A stretch of DNA of 64,000 nucleotides, taken from NCBI GenBank assembly GCA_951406725.2, contig OX597825.1:63736001-63800000 (forward strand), given 5' to 3'. Positions 36,409 to 52,053 of this stretch are shown here, one piece after another. The stretch's first letter is position 1. Each line of letters opens with the position of its first letter. The stretch comes from Octopus vulgaris (taxonomy: Eukaryota). The position numbers and the translations under genes were made by a program. The notes under the pieces were generated by a model, which was not told where the DNA came from, did not search any database, and worked only from the letters and a program-made list of their open reading frames with translations.

Positions 36409-37439
36409 AAGAAACATATATTCTGGAGAAAATCGCTAGTGTGATTACGCGGCTAAATATTGAATACTAGAATTTGGAGAGAAATAAGGAATGTGATTTC
36501 TGAAGAAGTGAGAATGCAAAAAATGGTCGTTGGTTGTGTAAGCATGTATGTGAGCGTTTGTGTGATACTTGAGTGTAGAGCGTCTAAGCGTATATATGTT
36601 TTTGTGCGTGTGTATGTGTGTGTAGGCGGATGAGTGTGAACGTGTAGGAGTCGCGAGAATCGTATTTCTATATTAGAGTGTGCTGCGTGAGATAAATATA
36701 CATGTGTTTTGACGAATATGTGTATGAGCGTTTGTGCCTATGTGTAATGGTGTGTGTGTGAAATGTGTGTGAATGTATGGTGCGTGTGTGGTGTGTGTGT
36801 ATGTTTGCGTGTTTGTGTGGTGTACTCTCACACGGTTGATTATTTTCGACTCTACTTTGCTGATATAATATGCTATTCACTATGGGCATCTGATGCAGTA
36901 GATGAGAATTTCGTTTCGCAATTCGTGTTTGCATTCACCTTAAATTAATTCACATTTTTTAATTATGTTCCTTGTTTAATTATTTAACACGTTCCAGAAC
37001 AAGGGCATCCGCAGTGTGTACCTGCATTATTTATTTCTCTGATGTGGATTTTGCTTTCTTGAAGAAGACTTTTCAGATTTGGTGCTTGCTTTCGACAATT
37101 GACAATTCGTAGTTATTAAATTATTTGTCGTAGATTCGACAATTGACGTAGTATTGGAAGGCATCGTTTGGACGAATGTAATACGCAGTGCTTTCTAGAA
37201 TCATGGCAAACTACAAATGGAATATTCATATTTGTGTATGTGTTGTTTCCTTTATTGTCAAAGTTTCTCCATGACAGAGATTGATATTAACGTTACTTTA
37301 CTTGTGATATTATTTATTAAGAATTTTGTATATTTTTGCCTCTGACGGAACATACTTACTTCTACCTGTGATTCTTATACCTATTTCTGTCTTTAACTAT
37401 TGAGCATATACTTATTGCTAATCTCATTATGCTCATTTA

Positions 37440-37800
37440 GTGAGGGATGGATGGCAACACCCCAAGGTATTCCTCTCAAAACATGGCTATGATGCTCCCC
37501 ATAACTGCTTCTGATCAGAGATTCATATATCGCCACCCACCAAGGAACTTGTTCAGCTGGTTAAGCTCAAGCAACTGACAAGCATATCTGTGGCATTGAT
37601 CAAAATATTTGCTGTAGCCCATCTTATATACCAAGACAAAAGATGTTCATGATAACTCTTTCTATCAGTTAAGATAAGAAGCCACGGGAGCTAGTCCCTG
37701 CTCCTGCATCAGGGCATTCAAAACATGTACATGATAACACTTCCAGCCAGTTAAGATCAGAAGCTACGGGAGTCAGTGATTGGTACTGCGTCAGAGCATT
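37440..37800 (-). mobile_element. Third copy of the (TAA)n-embedded repeat, with an internal ~75-bp duplication
   Basis: Reverse complement of 23696-23940, abutting (TTA)n. CATGATAAC...CAGTTAAGAT.AGAAGC.ACGGGAG...CTGC.TCAG.GCATT occurs twice. Confidence 0.75.
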
Positions 37801-38589
37801 ATTATTACTATTATTATTATTTCTATTATTACTACCATCATCATCATCAGCAACAGATTATTATCATCTTGTCTATCAGTCGGGCAAATCTTGTTTGAAA
37901 TTGGCTCAGTGATTTTTAATAACAAATAGAATATAAATAATGGAAAAATGTCGCATTCATCTTTAAATTATCTACGACCGAAGAAAACGTTGTTTTTTTC
38001 TTCTACCGACTGGTGACTTCCTTTCATTCGTTTTCCTCCATATGGTGGTTTTGTAGAGACATTTCTGTTTAATTTTTTTCTGTTACGAAATTGTTTTGTT
38101 TTATCAAAACACAGTACAATAAAAAAGACCCGCGAGATAATTTTCACGAAAATTATTCAACAGAGATGGATGTAACACTGGCAGTGATTTTGAGTAAGTT
38201 TTCAGAAAATACTTAGTGAATCTTAATCCCTATATTCTACCACCAAGCTTGACAGCAATGGGCGGCTTTGCTTTGAATTATATGTATCGCATCTATTCAT
38301 TAATTAGCTAGCACAGGTATATATGATGAGAATCGTATAAGCAAAACTACCCTTGAAGATCATATAAAAGTGTTATATCTCCCATTTTCTTGTGTTGGAT
38401 GCATACAAAATTAAAAGTTAATGAATAGAAATATGGATACCATTCTGGGTAAAACGTTCTCTAGTATTTCAAGCCTTAAATTTGTATACAAACAAATCAT
38501 ATACAAAAGGCGCTTATTCATTAAAATATATCTCATTTTATTCTACAGTTTGTTGACATCGTTGTGCCAGAAATTCACTTCTACGCTTG

Positions 38590-39600
38590 TAGCATTTGGT
38601 GATTTAGAGGCACGAAAACCCCAGAGTCTGTTTTAAATTTCTTTCATATCCTTAAGCCTTCTTCCCTGTGGGAACAAAGACATGGCTCGAAAACGGTTGT
38701 AATCTAATGGAGCATGGTTTGGACTGAGTGAAGCAGCCCGTCAAGTTTGCGCTTGGTCACATTGGCAGTGTTTGCTGGGTAAGTATCAGGCTGTAGGAGT
38801 GTGAATCTTCGGTTGACGGATGCCGTGTTACGGGCTTTCGAAGCATCATAAACTGGCTGCAGTTGTAGGGCATAAACTTTAGCCTTCTCAGTATGACCAT
38901 CGGGTGCGATCTCAATCTGCAACAGCCCTTCCAAATTCCATCGAACACACACGACCTTCTATTCGAACCCCCTTGTTTGACCATAGGTTTTCAATACAGG
39001 CCGGAACGAAGTCAATGCTCTCTATTTCGAAGATAACAAAAAGCAGATTAATTTTTCATCCCCAGTTACAATTCGATGCCAAAACTGGGCATCTCAAGAA
39101 TTTATCTGCTATTGTTTGTAAATGTTCATGCGTCTTCGAGCATGGCGATTGTTCAGTTGAAGAAGAGCTTTTGAACAACATATGCTCACAATGCAGAGCT
39201 TATGGAGGTGTCGACTGATGGTGTTTGTGAAGGATCACTTTTGGCTGACAATGTACGCGTGCTTGGGCGCTGCTGATGTTCAACCATTTCAAGAAAGCTT
39301 TACCTTTTACAACAAAAGGTTTTTTTCTTCATCACCTTGGTTTGTCTTCAAGATTTGTGTCCCCTGTCCTGACGTATCTGAACGAAATTTATGTTATATG
39401 TTTGTTGACAGTTTCTGGGCCTTGTACATCGAACTTCCCTTTGTCGCTACCCTTCTAACTAATCCTTTTTTTCTGTAGGCAACGTAAATAGCTCTAATTT
39501 CAATTTTGCACCACTTATTATCAGTCTTGAAATAAAGAATGAAATAAAATTTTTTATATGTTATATATGAAACTAGAAAACGATAGGACAAGTCGTATCA
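38590..39600 (-). mobile_element. Decayed mariner-type transposase
   Basis: IVTGDEK, CVRWNLEGLL...GHTEKAKVYALQL and SPNHAPLDY (YSPDLAPSDY-like). Confidence 0.8.
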
Positions 39601-42600
39601 AATTAATTATATAACAAGGGAATACAAGTTGTCAAATATCATCAGTGGAAATTCGAAAACAACGATTGGCTCAACCAACAAAATTTTTAGAGAGACAGCC
39701 GGACGCAGTAAAACTGTGCATTGCTGGAGCCCAGTTCACAGTTAAGTAGAAAATAGATGGAGAAAGGGGTGAGAACTGGATGAATGGATATGTACATCAA
39801 TTTGATAGAGAAACATTGATTTGTGTCACACGCCTTCAAGCCCACAGTGGTCGATAATTATATCATAAGTCAGTGTCACAACTTTTCACTCGAAAGCGTT
39901 TATAGAATTTCAGTTTAAACATATAAGCATTAAACCTTATTTTCCAGCAACGAGATATATAAGGGTTTTTTTTCTTTCTTTTTGTAATGTTATTTGGGTC
40001 TGTGTCGTTTACGTCCTAACCAAGGCACCAAATTATTCCCATCACAATATAAACAAGTAATCAATTTTCCACGCTCATACGAATGCGATATTGTATATCT
40101 ACTTAATGATTTTCTCATTCCAGCTTCTGCAATATAATGAAGTTTCGGCTTCGTTTCCCGTACTTGCTGAAGTGATTAAAATAATATTAGTCATTCAGCT
40201 AATGTCTTTTTCTCACTGAGTAAGTACTTGTAATTAGATTTTTAATGCTCGCTACATTAAGCGTAATCACATTAACTTAAATTCTATTGTTTCTCAGGGG
40301 TGTCATCTATATGAAGAACTTACAGTTAAGTGCATGCTATCATACTTGATGCTTCTTGATTGTAAATACCGTACACAGGCAAATGTAACTAAAAGTTATT
40401 TTGAATAATTTTTAGACCTATATAAAGAAGTAAAATTGAAGGAACTAAATATTATAAAGTGTTTACACACATTCTCAATTGTCATTCTTAATTGTTATTA
40501 TTTCATTACAACTACAGTTTTTTCTAAAATCTTCTATTATAACTAACAGGAAGAACTGTCGTTTTTAACCAATCCTCTCTTCATTATTTTTAATTTTCAA
40601 AAAGCTTTTTTAATAGAATGCCTAATTTATAGATAATGCAGATATCATTCATACACAAAATTGAACTAACCAGGTAAATTGTAAACAGGATATAATAGAG
40701 CAAGTCTTCTCTGAAATACTTAATCATTTATAAAAAGATATCCACTCCCAGTTATTCACTTTTCTAACTATAACTACTGTATGAAAATGATCAAACCTAA
40801 TCAAGAATGGTTTCATTTTATATGAAAACAGCCTACGATTATAATTTCAAATGGTTAAAAATTATTTTTAGTCCAGTGAATTAACTATGGTAACCTGCAC
40901 TTAACTATCTGTTCTTCATATAAAAGATATAAATTATGTTGGCGTTAGATTATTTAATGTGGTGAGCTTTGGACATTTAATTGGAAACATTCGATGCGAA
41001 AAAGACATTGGTTCAATGGTTAATTTTATTTTAATCACCTCGGTAATTATGGAAGACAATCCAGGACGTGTTCAGGCATTTCAGAGAGTCTCTGCAAATA
41101 AATAAGCTTCATCATTCATGCCATGGTGGTAATAAGAGAGCGAATTGGTTAATCTAGAATGAGTATCGGTTAAGAATTTGGTAAGGTCATTTATTTAAAG
41201 AAAGATCACTACTGAATAACAATCTACTGGTACTTCAGCAAGTAAAATGGAGCATATGTATCGCAGATGAACGCTACCGTGACACATACACGTATACTAT
41301 GATTAACGAAATGATAGCAACTGATAATAGTCATGGAATTAATATTGACTTTCTTTCAACATGTAAAAAGTTTTATCAGATTTGCAATGCTGAATGCATA
41401 AATCATATGAAAATAATTAAAACAATTGTTCTTAAACATATAGCGTCTCTATGCAATTCAAAAAAGTGCTATATCGTTAAGACCTCTTGATGGTGTGGTT
41501 TTAATAAGTGATATATAGTTATCTTTTATCATGCTGACTGAAAACTATATAGTCTTTAACGTGGTCACCGTTTCTAATGCAGATAGCTTCTCGAAGTCAT
41601 TAATACTTTCGCGACTGGATTTTTATACACAGCTTGACTTAGTTTCTCTCTAAAGAGGATTTCAAATTATATAACATAGATTTCATTAAGGAAACATCTG
41701 AAAATTAAATATCCTTGAATACAAAAGCAATATTCAAATTATAAAACTGTAGGCGACATCTGCTAATCTACATGCATGAGAAGCAAATTAATATAAATCT
41801 AAAGAATCCAGCTAAAATGTTATTGTTCAATAGGAGAATTAGCACAAAATCAGGAATAAAAGAACCTCACAAGAGATGAATATAACAATATACCAAAGTA
41901 AAAAGTTAATGATATAATGATAAAGAATAAGATAAAAGAGTTTAATTAGTAGTGGAAAATGAAATCTACTACCAGAAATTAGTTAATACGTCCAACCACG
42001 ACTTACAATCTTTGGTGTAAACAATAAATTCAATATAACAAATTAGAAGTTAAGAGATATCAGAGGTTTATTATGAAAAAGCAAAAGAAGACACAGCTAT
42101 AATCAGCGCTTCTTCACACAATACAAGCTAAATAAATTAATGTTGTGGCAAATTGTCAACTGCTCTATGTACAATCAACATAGAAAAACATTCGAGTACC
42201 TCATATCCGGCTCTTAAGTACTTATAAAGCTGTAATATATTTAGAGACACGACTATGGTAGTAGCTACATTAAACACTTTCATGTTAGAATAAAATTGTA
42301 TAAGAACACATTTTCACTGTTATTATACATGTGCCACAACAGTGCTACAATACATTTTTTTTAAAACGTGGTGACACAGATAGTATAGAGAAAAAATACA
42401 GAAAGTTAAACCAACGAATTCTAAAAGATATTTTGATTCTTTTCGATCAAAACCTACAATGAAATAATTTTGAAAAGATATTACATTCCAAGTCAATCAC
42501 AATTAAACTGAATAAAGATGTCAACAGGTGTAATGTGATAAATACAATATCACTAATGTCTAATGTATGCAATAAAACTTAATGTGAACACGCACACATA

Positions 42601-42888
42601 CGTACACAGCCACCTATATATGTGTATGTCTATGTATGTATGTGTATCATGGTTAAGATCGCTTAGATTCAAACCGCCTGCGTGGGATGTTTTTTAAGGT
42701 TAAATATCCATAGCCTCGAGTCAGCTCGGACCTTTTAAGTGAAAGTGGGATCAAAAAAACAAGAGAAATTTGTCAACAAATAAAGATCTGATGGACGTTT
42801 CACGGTTACTGTACTTGAGATTGCCCGACCAGATTTCTAAGAGCAGATAATTCAGTAGATCTATCTAGTCGCTTCTCACATAGATTAT

Positions 42889-42948
<60 letters not shown>

Positions 42949-42974
42949 TAATATATATATATATGTGAATACAT

Positions 42975-43287
42975 TTTGCCCACAAGGAGTAAACATAGAA
43001 GGGACAAACAAGGATAGACAAAGGGATAAAGTCGATTACATCGACCCCAGTGTGAAAATGGTACTTATTTAATGGACCTTGAAAGGATGAAAGGCAAAGT
43101 TTACCTCGGCAGAATTTGATCTGAGAACGTAATGGCAGACGAAATACCGTGAGCATTTCGCCCGGCGTGCTAACGAGTCTGCCAGCTCACTGCAGTATGT
43201 ATGTATGTGTGTATGTATGTATGTATGTATGTATGTATGTATGTATGTATGTATGTATGTATGTATGTATGTATGTATGTATATATA

Positions 43288-43341
<54 letters not shown>

Positions 43342-43590
43342 GGCGGTGAGCTGGCATAATCGTATATGTATATATATATAGAGAGTTGAGAGATGGCAGG
43401 AACTTAAGCACGCAAGTTAAAATGTTTAGTCGCATTTCTTCAATCTTTGTGTTCTGAGTTCAAATTCCGCGCGAAGTCGATTTATCTTTCGTCTCTTTCG
43501 GGATTCACAAAATACGTATGATTCGAGCATGGAGTCGATGTCATCGACGCAGCCCCTCCCCACAAATTACTGGCCCTTGCCATTATTTCA
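42975..43590. mobile_element. Divergent (head-to-head) pair of family C SINEs: 42975-43195 (-) and 43341-43590 (+)
   Basis: Both begin GC.GTGAGCTGGCA and are separated by about 145 bp of (TATG)n(TA)n(GA)n. Confidence 0.85.
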
Positions 43591-44694
43591 AACCGATATC
43601 TGTATATGATGGGGTGTAATTGTGCATACTTGAATGTGTGTGTGTGTATATATAGGCAGATTGGTGACTGCGTATGTGTGAATTGCTTTTGCCTATCAAA
43701 TCTTAAATAAAAGCTTTGATGAAGCGTCGACTGTGGTGGAAACGGATGGCACCGTGCATGTTTGTGTTGCTTGGCTAATTTTTGCAGTCCATCGTATATT
43801 CCAAATTATTTTCTTTTATTTATGTTGTTTAGGGATATTTAATTCACGATGAGGGAAACATGCACATGGCTACATCTGTATATTATTTTCAGTTTACATC
43901 AATTAAGTTGTTCTTGATTTACATGAATTTAGTTTATCCTAATTTGCGTATACTCTGTAGGTTGTTGACCGAATACACATTGTTTTTCATTAATTTTCAC
44001 GTTCATACTAATGTTTATGCATGAAATCATTAAATACTTTCTCAACGCCTATGGTCGTAAAATATAAAGATATACGCAACAGGATATAGAAAGTATATCA
44101 TCATTATAGTCACCATAATAAACAATTATATATGCCTTTATGGCGGAAACATATGGCGGATATCTAATGGAATTTTCGTTTTTCTTTTTTTTTTCCTTTT
44201 TGCTTTAATAAGAGAATATATATCGATGTTCTTACCATCTTGCATGAATTAAGTACATCATAAAAAGCCAACATTTTTTACTTTAGCAATAGAAAATAGA
44301 TATATCCTACAACAACGACGTGTAAGAAGATTATAAAAAATATAACATGTAACACGAAGAATAATAACAACAACAGCAACAAAACAACATTAACATAAAG
44401 AGCAAATAATAATATAAAATCAAAATGATTTATTTACTTTTTACAAGGGCAACACTAATATAAAATACTAAAGTACACATTTGTAGACAATTATCTTAAA
44501 GCCATACGCATAAATCAATATGCAAGTGACAACATTCAAACGATATGCATTTATATAGGAAATGCAAATGCATAGTTAAAAAAAAAGATATTATTCTTCC
44601 GGATATTATCGAGGCTAATATTGACACGTGTTCAAACATTTTTAGGTAAAGTTTTAGTAGATAACATCGGATGTGAAAAAGGTATACTTACATT

Positions 44695-44931
44695 GTTTAG
44701 CTTTATTTCTTAGTTGCTTAAGTCATCGGAATGCAGCAAGGCTAGAGCTCTTCCTGGAAGGGTCCATTCGACTCCTCAATAGCACATCTATCAATCTTTT
44801 TGCCGAACCGCTAACTGGCAGGGACATAGGGGAAATTTTTAACATTGCTGGTTGGCAATTGGTGGGCGAATGATCGGAAACACAAATATACACACAAACA
44901 TACGCAGACGCAAACAACACTCCTATACACA

Positions 44932-44994
<63 letters not shown>

Positions 44995-45021
44995 GTATGT
45001 ATGTATATATATGTATGTATG

Positions 45022-45079
<58 letters not shown>

Positions 45080-45250
45080 TATATATACATATACATATAT
45101 ATATGCTATCAGAAATATATGCTATTAGAAATATTGGTCGTGCGTTTCATGGTTGTGGTAGAAGACACTTGCTTATGGTGTCGTATAAAGGGATCAAACA
45201 TAAAACCAAGTTGCTGCAAAGCGGGTTTCTGAATAGCACAACCATACTTG
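44695..45250 (-). mobile_element. Diverged SINE family A with expanded internal microsatellite
   Basis: TAGAAGACACTTGC...GGTGTCG and TTTGCCGAACCGCTAA match family A. Confidence 0.6.
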
Positions 45251-46720
45251 CTACACTGACAATCAGTAAATAAGATTCACGGTCTTATCTAGTATTATTT
45301 GAAGTCTCAACACAGTAATTTTCCGCAATTAAGGAAAGGGCTTTATTATTAGAACCGTTTTAACGCCGTTCAAGTGTAGTAGTATTTATCAGTTCTTTAG
45401 AGTAGACTAGAGGTGAATTAGTTGTGGATGGACTGTGCTCTCAAATTACCAAGGAGATATAATTTTTTTTTTGTTTATATTATTAATCGTGAAATCATGA
45501 ACACAGTTTAAGTTTCCGCTTTAAAAATGTTCAGCAATATTTTCGGTATGTAAGGCTGAAAGCGAAATGCTTATATTCAGTAATGCGTAGTTCAGTGATG
45601 CCTTAATCTTCATGAATCTTACCGTTATTGATATGACATTTTTACTGTAATAATGTCCGAAATGGAATTTAAACCAACTCGTGTAATTTCCAGCAATAGT
45701 CGAATACTCGCATAGTATATTTCATGAGGGTTTCCAGTGTGTGCATTACAGAATGTTAAAAGCTTTAGTAGGGCTTCAGGAGATTTTGGGAACCCACTCC
45801 AGCAAATTTAATGTCATTCTTTCACAAAGTCATCTGGGAGATACATTAGTTTATTACACATTCAATTCAGTAACGCTTAAAATCACTATCATAAAATATT
45901 ATGGTACAGAAGCAGAATGTTTTGCTTAATAATTAGATGTTAGTCTCCTTTATAAATCAAATATTAAATGAACGTTAAAGTATGAAAATTATAAAATAAA
46001 TGGAGTTTAAAAAGCCATGCATCATGGTAGAAAATATCACGGAATAATTTAAATCAAGCTCAAAAGTGGTAATTGATATACATTATTCTCTGTTTTTAAA
46101 TGTTTTCCTGGGTTAATGTAATTACAAATAAATTTCTTTAAAGTGACACTAATTTTTATATATATTCGTTATTTACAGTCTTGTCAGTGAACATAGCTTG
46201 CTATGAAGTATATATCCCTAGGTGTAAGTCGATGTGTGTACTAATCACCTGCTCAAGTGACGGGAACATATTTAGCTAAGGTGTGTTTCCTTTAGGCTGT
46301 GCAGCTGTAAATATTTCTCTAAATACTGGGCAGAATTACTTATTTTATGGTTCTATTGTAAACATGTTTCTGTCTCCAACATTCAAATTTGCGTTCGATA
46401 TCAATGCAACATCTATGGCTGAACTGTGCCAACGTTTTCCATCTCTACTTCACTCAATACCATTTAAAAATCAATGATAGAGTAATAAAAAAAATGATTT
46501 AAAAAAATTTTATTCTTTATCTTGTCTCAGTCACTGTGCTGACACGACTCTCTGGCACATTTGATTGGACGGCTCTTATAAATTTGGTTTGTACTTATTC
46601 TACCGGCCACTTGTTACCGAATTTCTACTTTCAAGGGCATAAAATCGCGAACATAGGAAACAGTGGAGTTACAAATGCAAAGAGACAGAAACACACGCAC
46701 ACATGTACACATATACGCAA

Positions 46721-46790
<70 letters not shown>

Positions 46791-47169
46791 GCACGCATTT
46801 AACAATTTCACCCAAAATTCATTTGTCTCCAGGGTCAAAATAGAATACACAACTCACGAAATAGTTCATATGTTGAAACTATATCCGGAAGCACACGACT
46901 GCGAAATGAACATTAAAACATACGACCATTTCTGATAAAGTAATAATAATTTGAGCATTCTCTAAAATTACTATTCTCTTAATTGCTCGGCGCTCTGTCT
47001 TCATATTAGAATACATTTCAATTTTTAATTTGTAATGTTTTCGAAAATCTTACAACTAAATAATTTTTCGTTGATTGGTAAACAAATAAAACAAAAATGT
47101 TTCAGAAAACATGGTTTATACTAGCTTCAAGTATTACTAAAAATATAGAAACATGTATAACAAAAATAT

Positions 47170-47960
47170 TACTTTGTACTCTAGGTACAAGGCCCTAACT
47201 TGGGGGGCAGGGGCTAGTCGATTAGATCGACCGCAGTAAGCAGCTGGTACTTAATTTATCGGCTCCGAAAATATGAAAGGCAGGGTTGACCCTGACGGAA
47301 TTTGCTGCATATTATTATTTTATACTCTACTGTATAAGAAGAATATTAGTATGAGTAATTGTACCAAGTTTTGAGAACTGGAATCTGTTTGCAGGGTAAT
47401 TTTTCTTCGTTCTCTTCTTTGTATATGAAAGCATGCAAAAGAACATACGTACTGTCCATTTCTCAAAAAAAAAAATTTGAAAAACAGAAGAAACTATAGA
47501 GTAAATTAAATGTTTTCTGAATATGCCATACGGTTAACAAAGTTCTACCCACTATGGAATAACTACAAAACATTGACTATTTTATCATTAAATGAAAAAC
47601 TAGTAATTATTCGGGTTGCTTCAGCAAATGAAGTATTGGTATATTAGTGACGTAGGATTTTAAATATTGCTACACTAACTTTTCATCTGACATGACTTAA
47701 TTCAATTATTCCTGCCAATGCTCTATTTCTTGCTCATATTATATGGAATTACAACGGTGGCGAGCTGAAAGAATCGATAGCACGCCGGGCAAATGCTTAG
47801 TGGCATATCGTCCGGTTTTATTTTCCGGGTTCAAATTTTACCAAGGTCGTTTTTGTCTTTCATCCTTTGGGGTTCGATAAAATAATTACCAGTTGAGCAG
47901 TTGGATCAATCTAATTGACTTACTCCGTCCCCTGAAATTGCAGACAAAATTTGAAACCAA
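47170..47960. mobile_element. Two family C SINE remnants in opposite orientation (47170-47305 minus; 47755-47960 plus)
   Basis: CTGGTACTTAATTTATC...GAAAGGCAGGGTTGACC and GGCGAGCTGAAAGAATCG.TAGCACGCCGGGC. Confidence 0.7.
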
Positions 47961-49569
47961 TATATGTAAGTAAGATTAACCGTATGTATGATTTAAGATA
48001 TCACCTGTTTTCTCATCGTTCAATCTATCATATACTGATATTGTATCGTGTCAAATGAATTGCTGTTGGGCCAAACCTAATGAGTTTCTTTAAAATGTTC
48101 TACTACTTGCCTTTTGTTATCTGTCATATAGTGAAATATTATTGTGGGAAATGAATTCGTATTCCACAACACATTCTGAATTGTTTCTTAAACTCTTTAA
48201 TTATCCACGCTGATGTCCTGAATTCTCCTTCAATTCAATTATAGTGAAAGCGGGTATGATTTTAAGTAGAGATACCGACAAGAACCTTATTTCAGTAACA
48301 TTTCTAGCACTAACAGATTGTATTGTAGGAGTGTAAGCAGTAACAGATAATAAAACTACTGATTTGTATGTATTAAAGGCACATCTCTGCATAGTCACAT
48401 TGGAAAGTGACACACAGTAATAGTTGCAAGGAATGCAAAATTTCATTTCATTATTTTCGCGTTACATTTAATTAGAATCTAAGCTAAATTAGATTTGTGT
48501 TTTTTTTCTTTTTTAATTTTTGGTAATTTAATTATATACATGAAAATAACAAAGTAACTGCGGGGAAAACAACAGAAAATAGTTGTTTAATCATCTTTCT
48601 CTTTTGAAAGTCTGAACTTTAAACCGTATTAAGGACTTCCTTAAGGTAAAGAAAGAATATTCTAGGTTACATTACTTGGCTTACTCTGTCAACTACAGAA
48701 TAAAATACAAAGTATTTGAGGCCATAATTTAAAGCTTAGAGTGGAAGCTTAAGGAATTTTGAATTCGGAGCCCAGCGGGGCTTAAATTTGCCCTTCATTA
48801 AATTTCTATTGATAAAATAATCCTTGAAATATATCGACGACGAATCCATGTGACACAATAGGTTATTTCCCTTGTGGCTACATTTAACATTTCAAATTAA
48901 GTATTACAGAATGCTACCATTCTTGTATGGGAAATATCAGATTGGAGAAACCTTTTTACCACTCCAGTAGTCTGTGATATTTTACAGTGCGTACCTGTAT
49001 ACTTGCTACTGTAAACTATTAGTTCAAAACAAATTCGAAGGAACATTACTCGGAATTAAAGGAAAATCCAAGTAGATCAAAGCATTTAACTATTATAAAC
49101 ATCAAGAAATACACAAAAACTTCTATAGAAACACATTTATATGTTGATTTCACAAAATGTATTCATTTTAGTTTTCCTTCAGTTGAAAGCTACGTTTGAG
49201 TTTTAAAATTTACTGCTCTACATTTAGTTTAATTTCAGTTAGGATATCTATTATTTGAATCGAAGAAATTGTTTGTGCCTAATATCTAACTACTTATCTT
49301 CATAGACAGATGTGTATGGATGTGTGTACAGTTATAAATACATATACATATGTGTGTATGTCGATGTGAGCGTACATATGTACGTACATAAATGTAACAG
49401 GTCTTATATCTACAAATTTTAACATTAAACGATTATATTCTGTGGTTTATGATTTTCTTATTAGTAGATCATACACACACACACACACACATACACATAC
49501 ACACACACACTCACACACACATATGCATATAACGCGAGAGAGAAAGGAAGAGAGACAGACAGACAGACA

Positions 49570-49734
49570 GAGCATGCCAATTAAGATGCTTAGCTGAGTT
49601 TAAATTCCGCCGACTTCTATTTCGCCTTTCATCCTTCGGGATCGATAAAATAACTACCACTTGAGCATTAAAGTCAATGCAATCGATTAACCTTCTCCCT
49701 CAAAGTCTCATGTCTTGTGCTTATAGTAGAAATG

Positions 49735-49768
<34 letters not shown>

Positions 49769-51140
49769 TGTATTTTATTTTATTCACTAAAATACATAGT
49801 CATAAAATTATTTTCTAATGTAAGTTATATACCATACAAAGACGGTGAGCTAGCAGAATAGTTAGTATGCTAGGCAAAATGCTTAGCGACATTTCGTCAG
49901 TTTCTACGTCCTACGTTCAAATTCCGCCGGAGTAGAAGTTGTCTTTCATCCTTCCGGGTTCGATAAAATAATTACAATTGAAGCACTAGGCTCGCTGTAA
50001 CCAATACCAGTTATATATCATTCAACAAAATAAAATATAAATAAATATAGATCTAAAACAGAAGTATTTCTAAGATTCACTGTTAGACATAGGGACCATC
50101 ATTACATAGCGTATTTGGAAATATGGAGAGTATGTGAAGCATAAGATTTTAAAATGCATCGTCTAAGAGCAATGATAGTGCGTTTATGCCATGAATTCAT
50201 AGCTTTTTTTCTTTCCCAATAGCTTTGCTTCTTAAAAAAAGTTAGAATCCATCCGAAACTTTTTAAAGCGTGAATAATATATTAAGCGAGTATTTCGGTA
50301 AAGTAGATGCTACTTGAAATTTTCATTTCTATTTAGTATAATTAGGTTGAGCAATCGGTATTTGTACTTTCTATATCCATATCACTATAAATAAATTAAA
50401 GTTAGTGTCTTAGAAATCACGCATACAATTAATGGGAACTGAAAATGGAAAGGCGTAGAATTAAATAGTAGCCAATATAATATATCTTATTAGTAAGGAG
50501 CTAAGCTATAAAGCGTGCGACAAGGTGAAAATAATCTTCGGAAATTGGTGAATCATTTAAATTCGAGAGGTAATTATATATTCTAATTAGAAGACTAGAA
50601 TGATTTAAGAAATCATCCCACTGGATATTTAACAAAGTGTCGTGTTAAGGCTTCTTTAAATGAATGGTTTCACAATAGATAATGAAACCCTGCTTGGCGT
50701 TATATAGCGATTTGTGTATAAAAAAGATTCGTAGTTTAACGTAGCTTATTTAATGTGATCAGTGTCAGTGTAAGGTCTGATAGGGAAAAGATTCTGGTTA
50801 GTCACCTGATTGAAAGAAAATTCTAGATATTAAACATGAAGTTGTAAATAACAGATGTAAGGTGACACACAGTTTTTATTTAAAAAATGAATTTTTACAA
50901 TATCAAAAACGACTAACAACATTTTAATTACTCAACCAAAACACCCTCTTATATATATATATATTGTGCTATTAGGCACAAAGCCTGCAAATTTGGGAGA
51001 CGGTGCTAGTCGATTACATCAACCGCAGTGCTGAGCTGTTAGTTATTTAGTCGATCTCTAAAGGATGAAAGGCAAAGTTGACTCCGGATGAATTTCAATT
51101 CAGAACGTAAAGATGGACGCAATCCGCTAATCATTTACGA
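49570..51140. mobile_element. Cluster of three family C SINE remnants (49570-49735 +, 49841-50000 +, 50965-51140 -)
   Basis: Shared AAATTCCGCC...CTTTCATCCTT.CGGG.TCGATAAAATAA motif. Confidence 0.7.
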
Positions 51141-52053
51141 TGTGGAATAAAACCAAACACGATTACTGACAACGAAATTATAGACCTATAAAAGAGTTAC
51201 GATGTTGGGAACACATAGCATGAGGAAAATATTCTTTTTTCAAACCCAATCACAGAAATAGATTGATGTCAGAACATTTAAACAATATATTGACTCTTCA
51301 AATCATTGAGTGGCTAAAAAAGCACAAGCTGTAGCCATATAATGATGTCACCTATTAAAGTGTAAGTGAAACTCCAAAGGGATTCGAAACAACATATATC
51401 ACACCATTATAACCACGTTTCAAACATGCATCATTCATTATTGCAAATAAAACCATGTGACTGACTAGAATGAAGATTTATGCCAACAGCATCCTATCAT
51501 AAACACACATAAAAGCTCCGTAATTTATTTGACTTTTGCACTGCTTCTGCAAATATTTTTTCTGCGGATATTTTTAGCATCGTACCAATTCTACTCAAGT
51601 AAAACGACTAAATTCTACCCCATGCTTTCGTTTTACATATGGCATAGTTACCCTTTACACTAAAGTATTCTGTGAGGAAAAATGTCAATCCTTCACCCTA
51701 GAGTTATGTTCATTTTTATTTTCACGTTATTTGCACGTCATTTTTCAAGCCATTAATGAGTAAGTACGAAAGATAGATCACAAGGCGCCAAATTAGGTGA
51801 AGGGAGTGGGCATATACATGTTCTCTAAGTCAAACCATCAGACCAAACACGTATATACATACGCATACACATAATACACATATATACATGCAGTACGGAC
51901 AGTGTAGGATTTAGAGATAGAAGACAGGGTTATATATACAAAAGTAAATAAGTATACATATATAATTATATCATCTATTTGCATAAAACATGCATATATA
52001 ATCACGCGTATATAGATACTTCTATATATATATAAAAGATATCCGTATATAAC

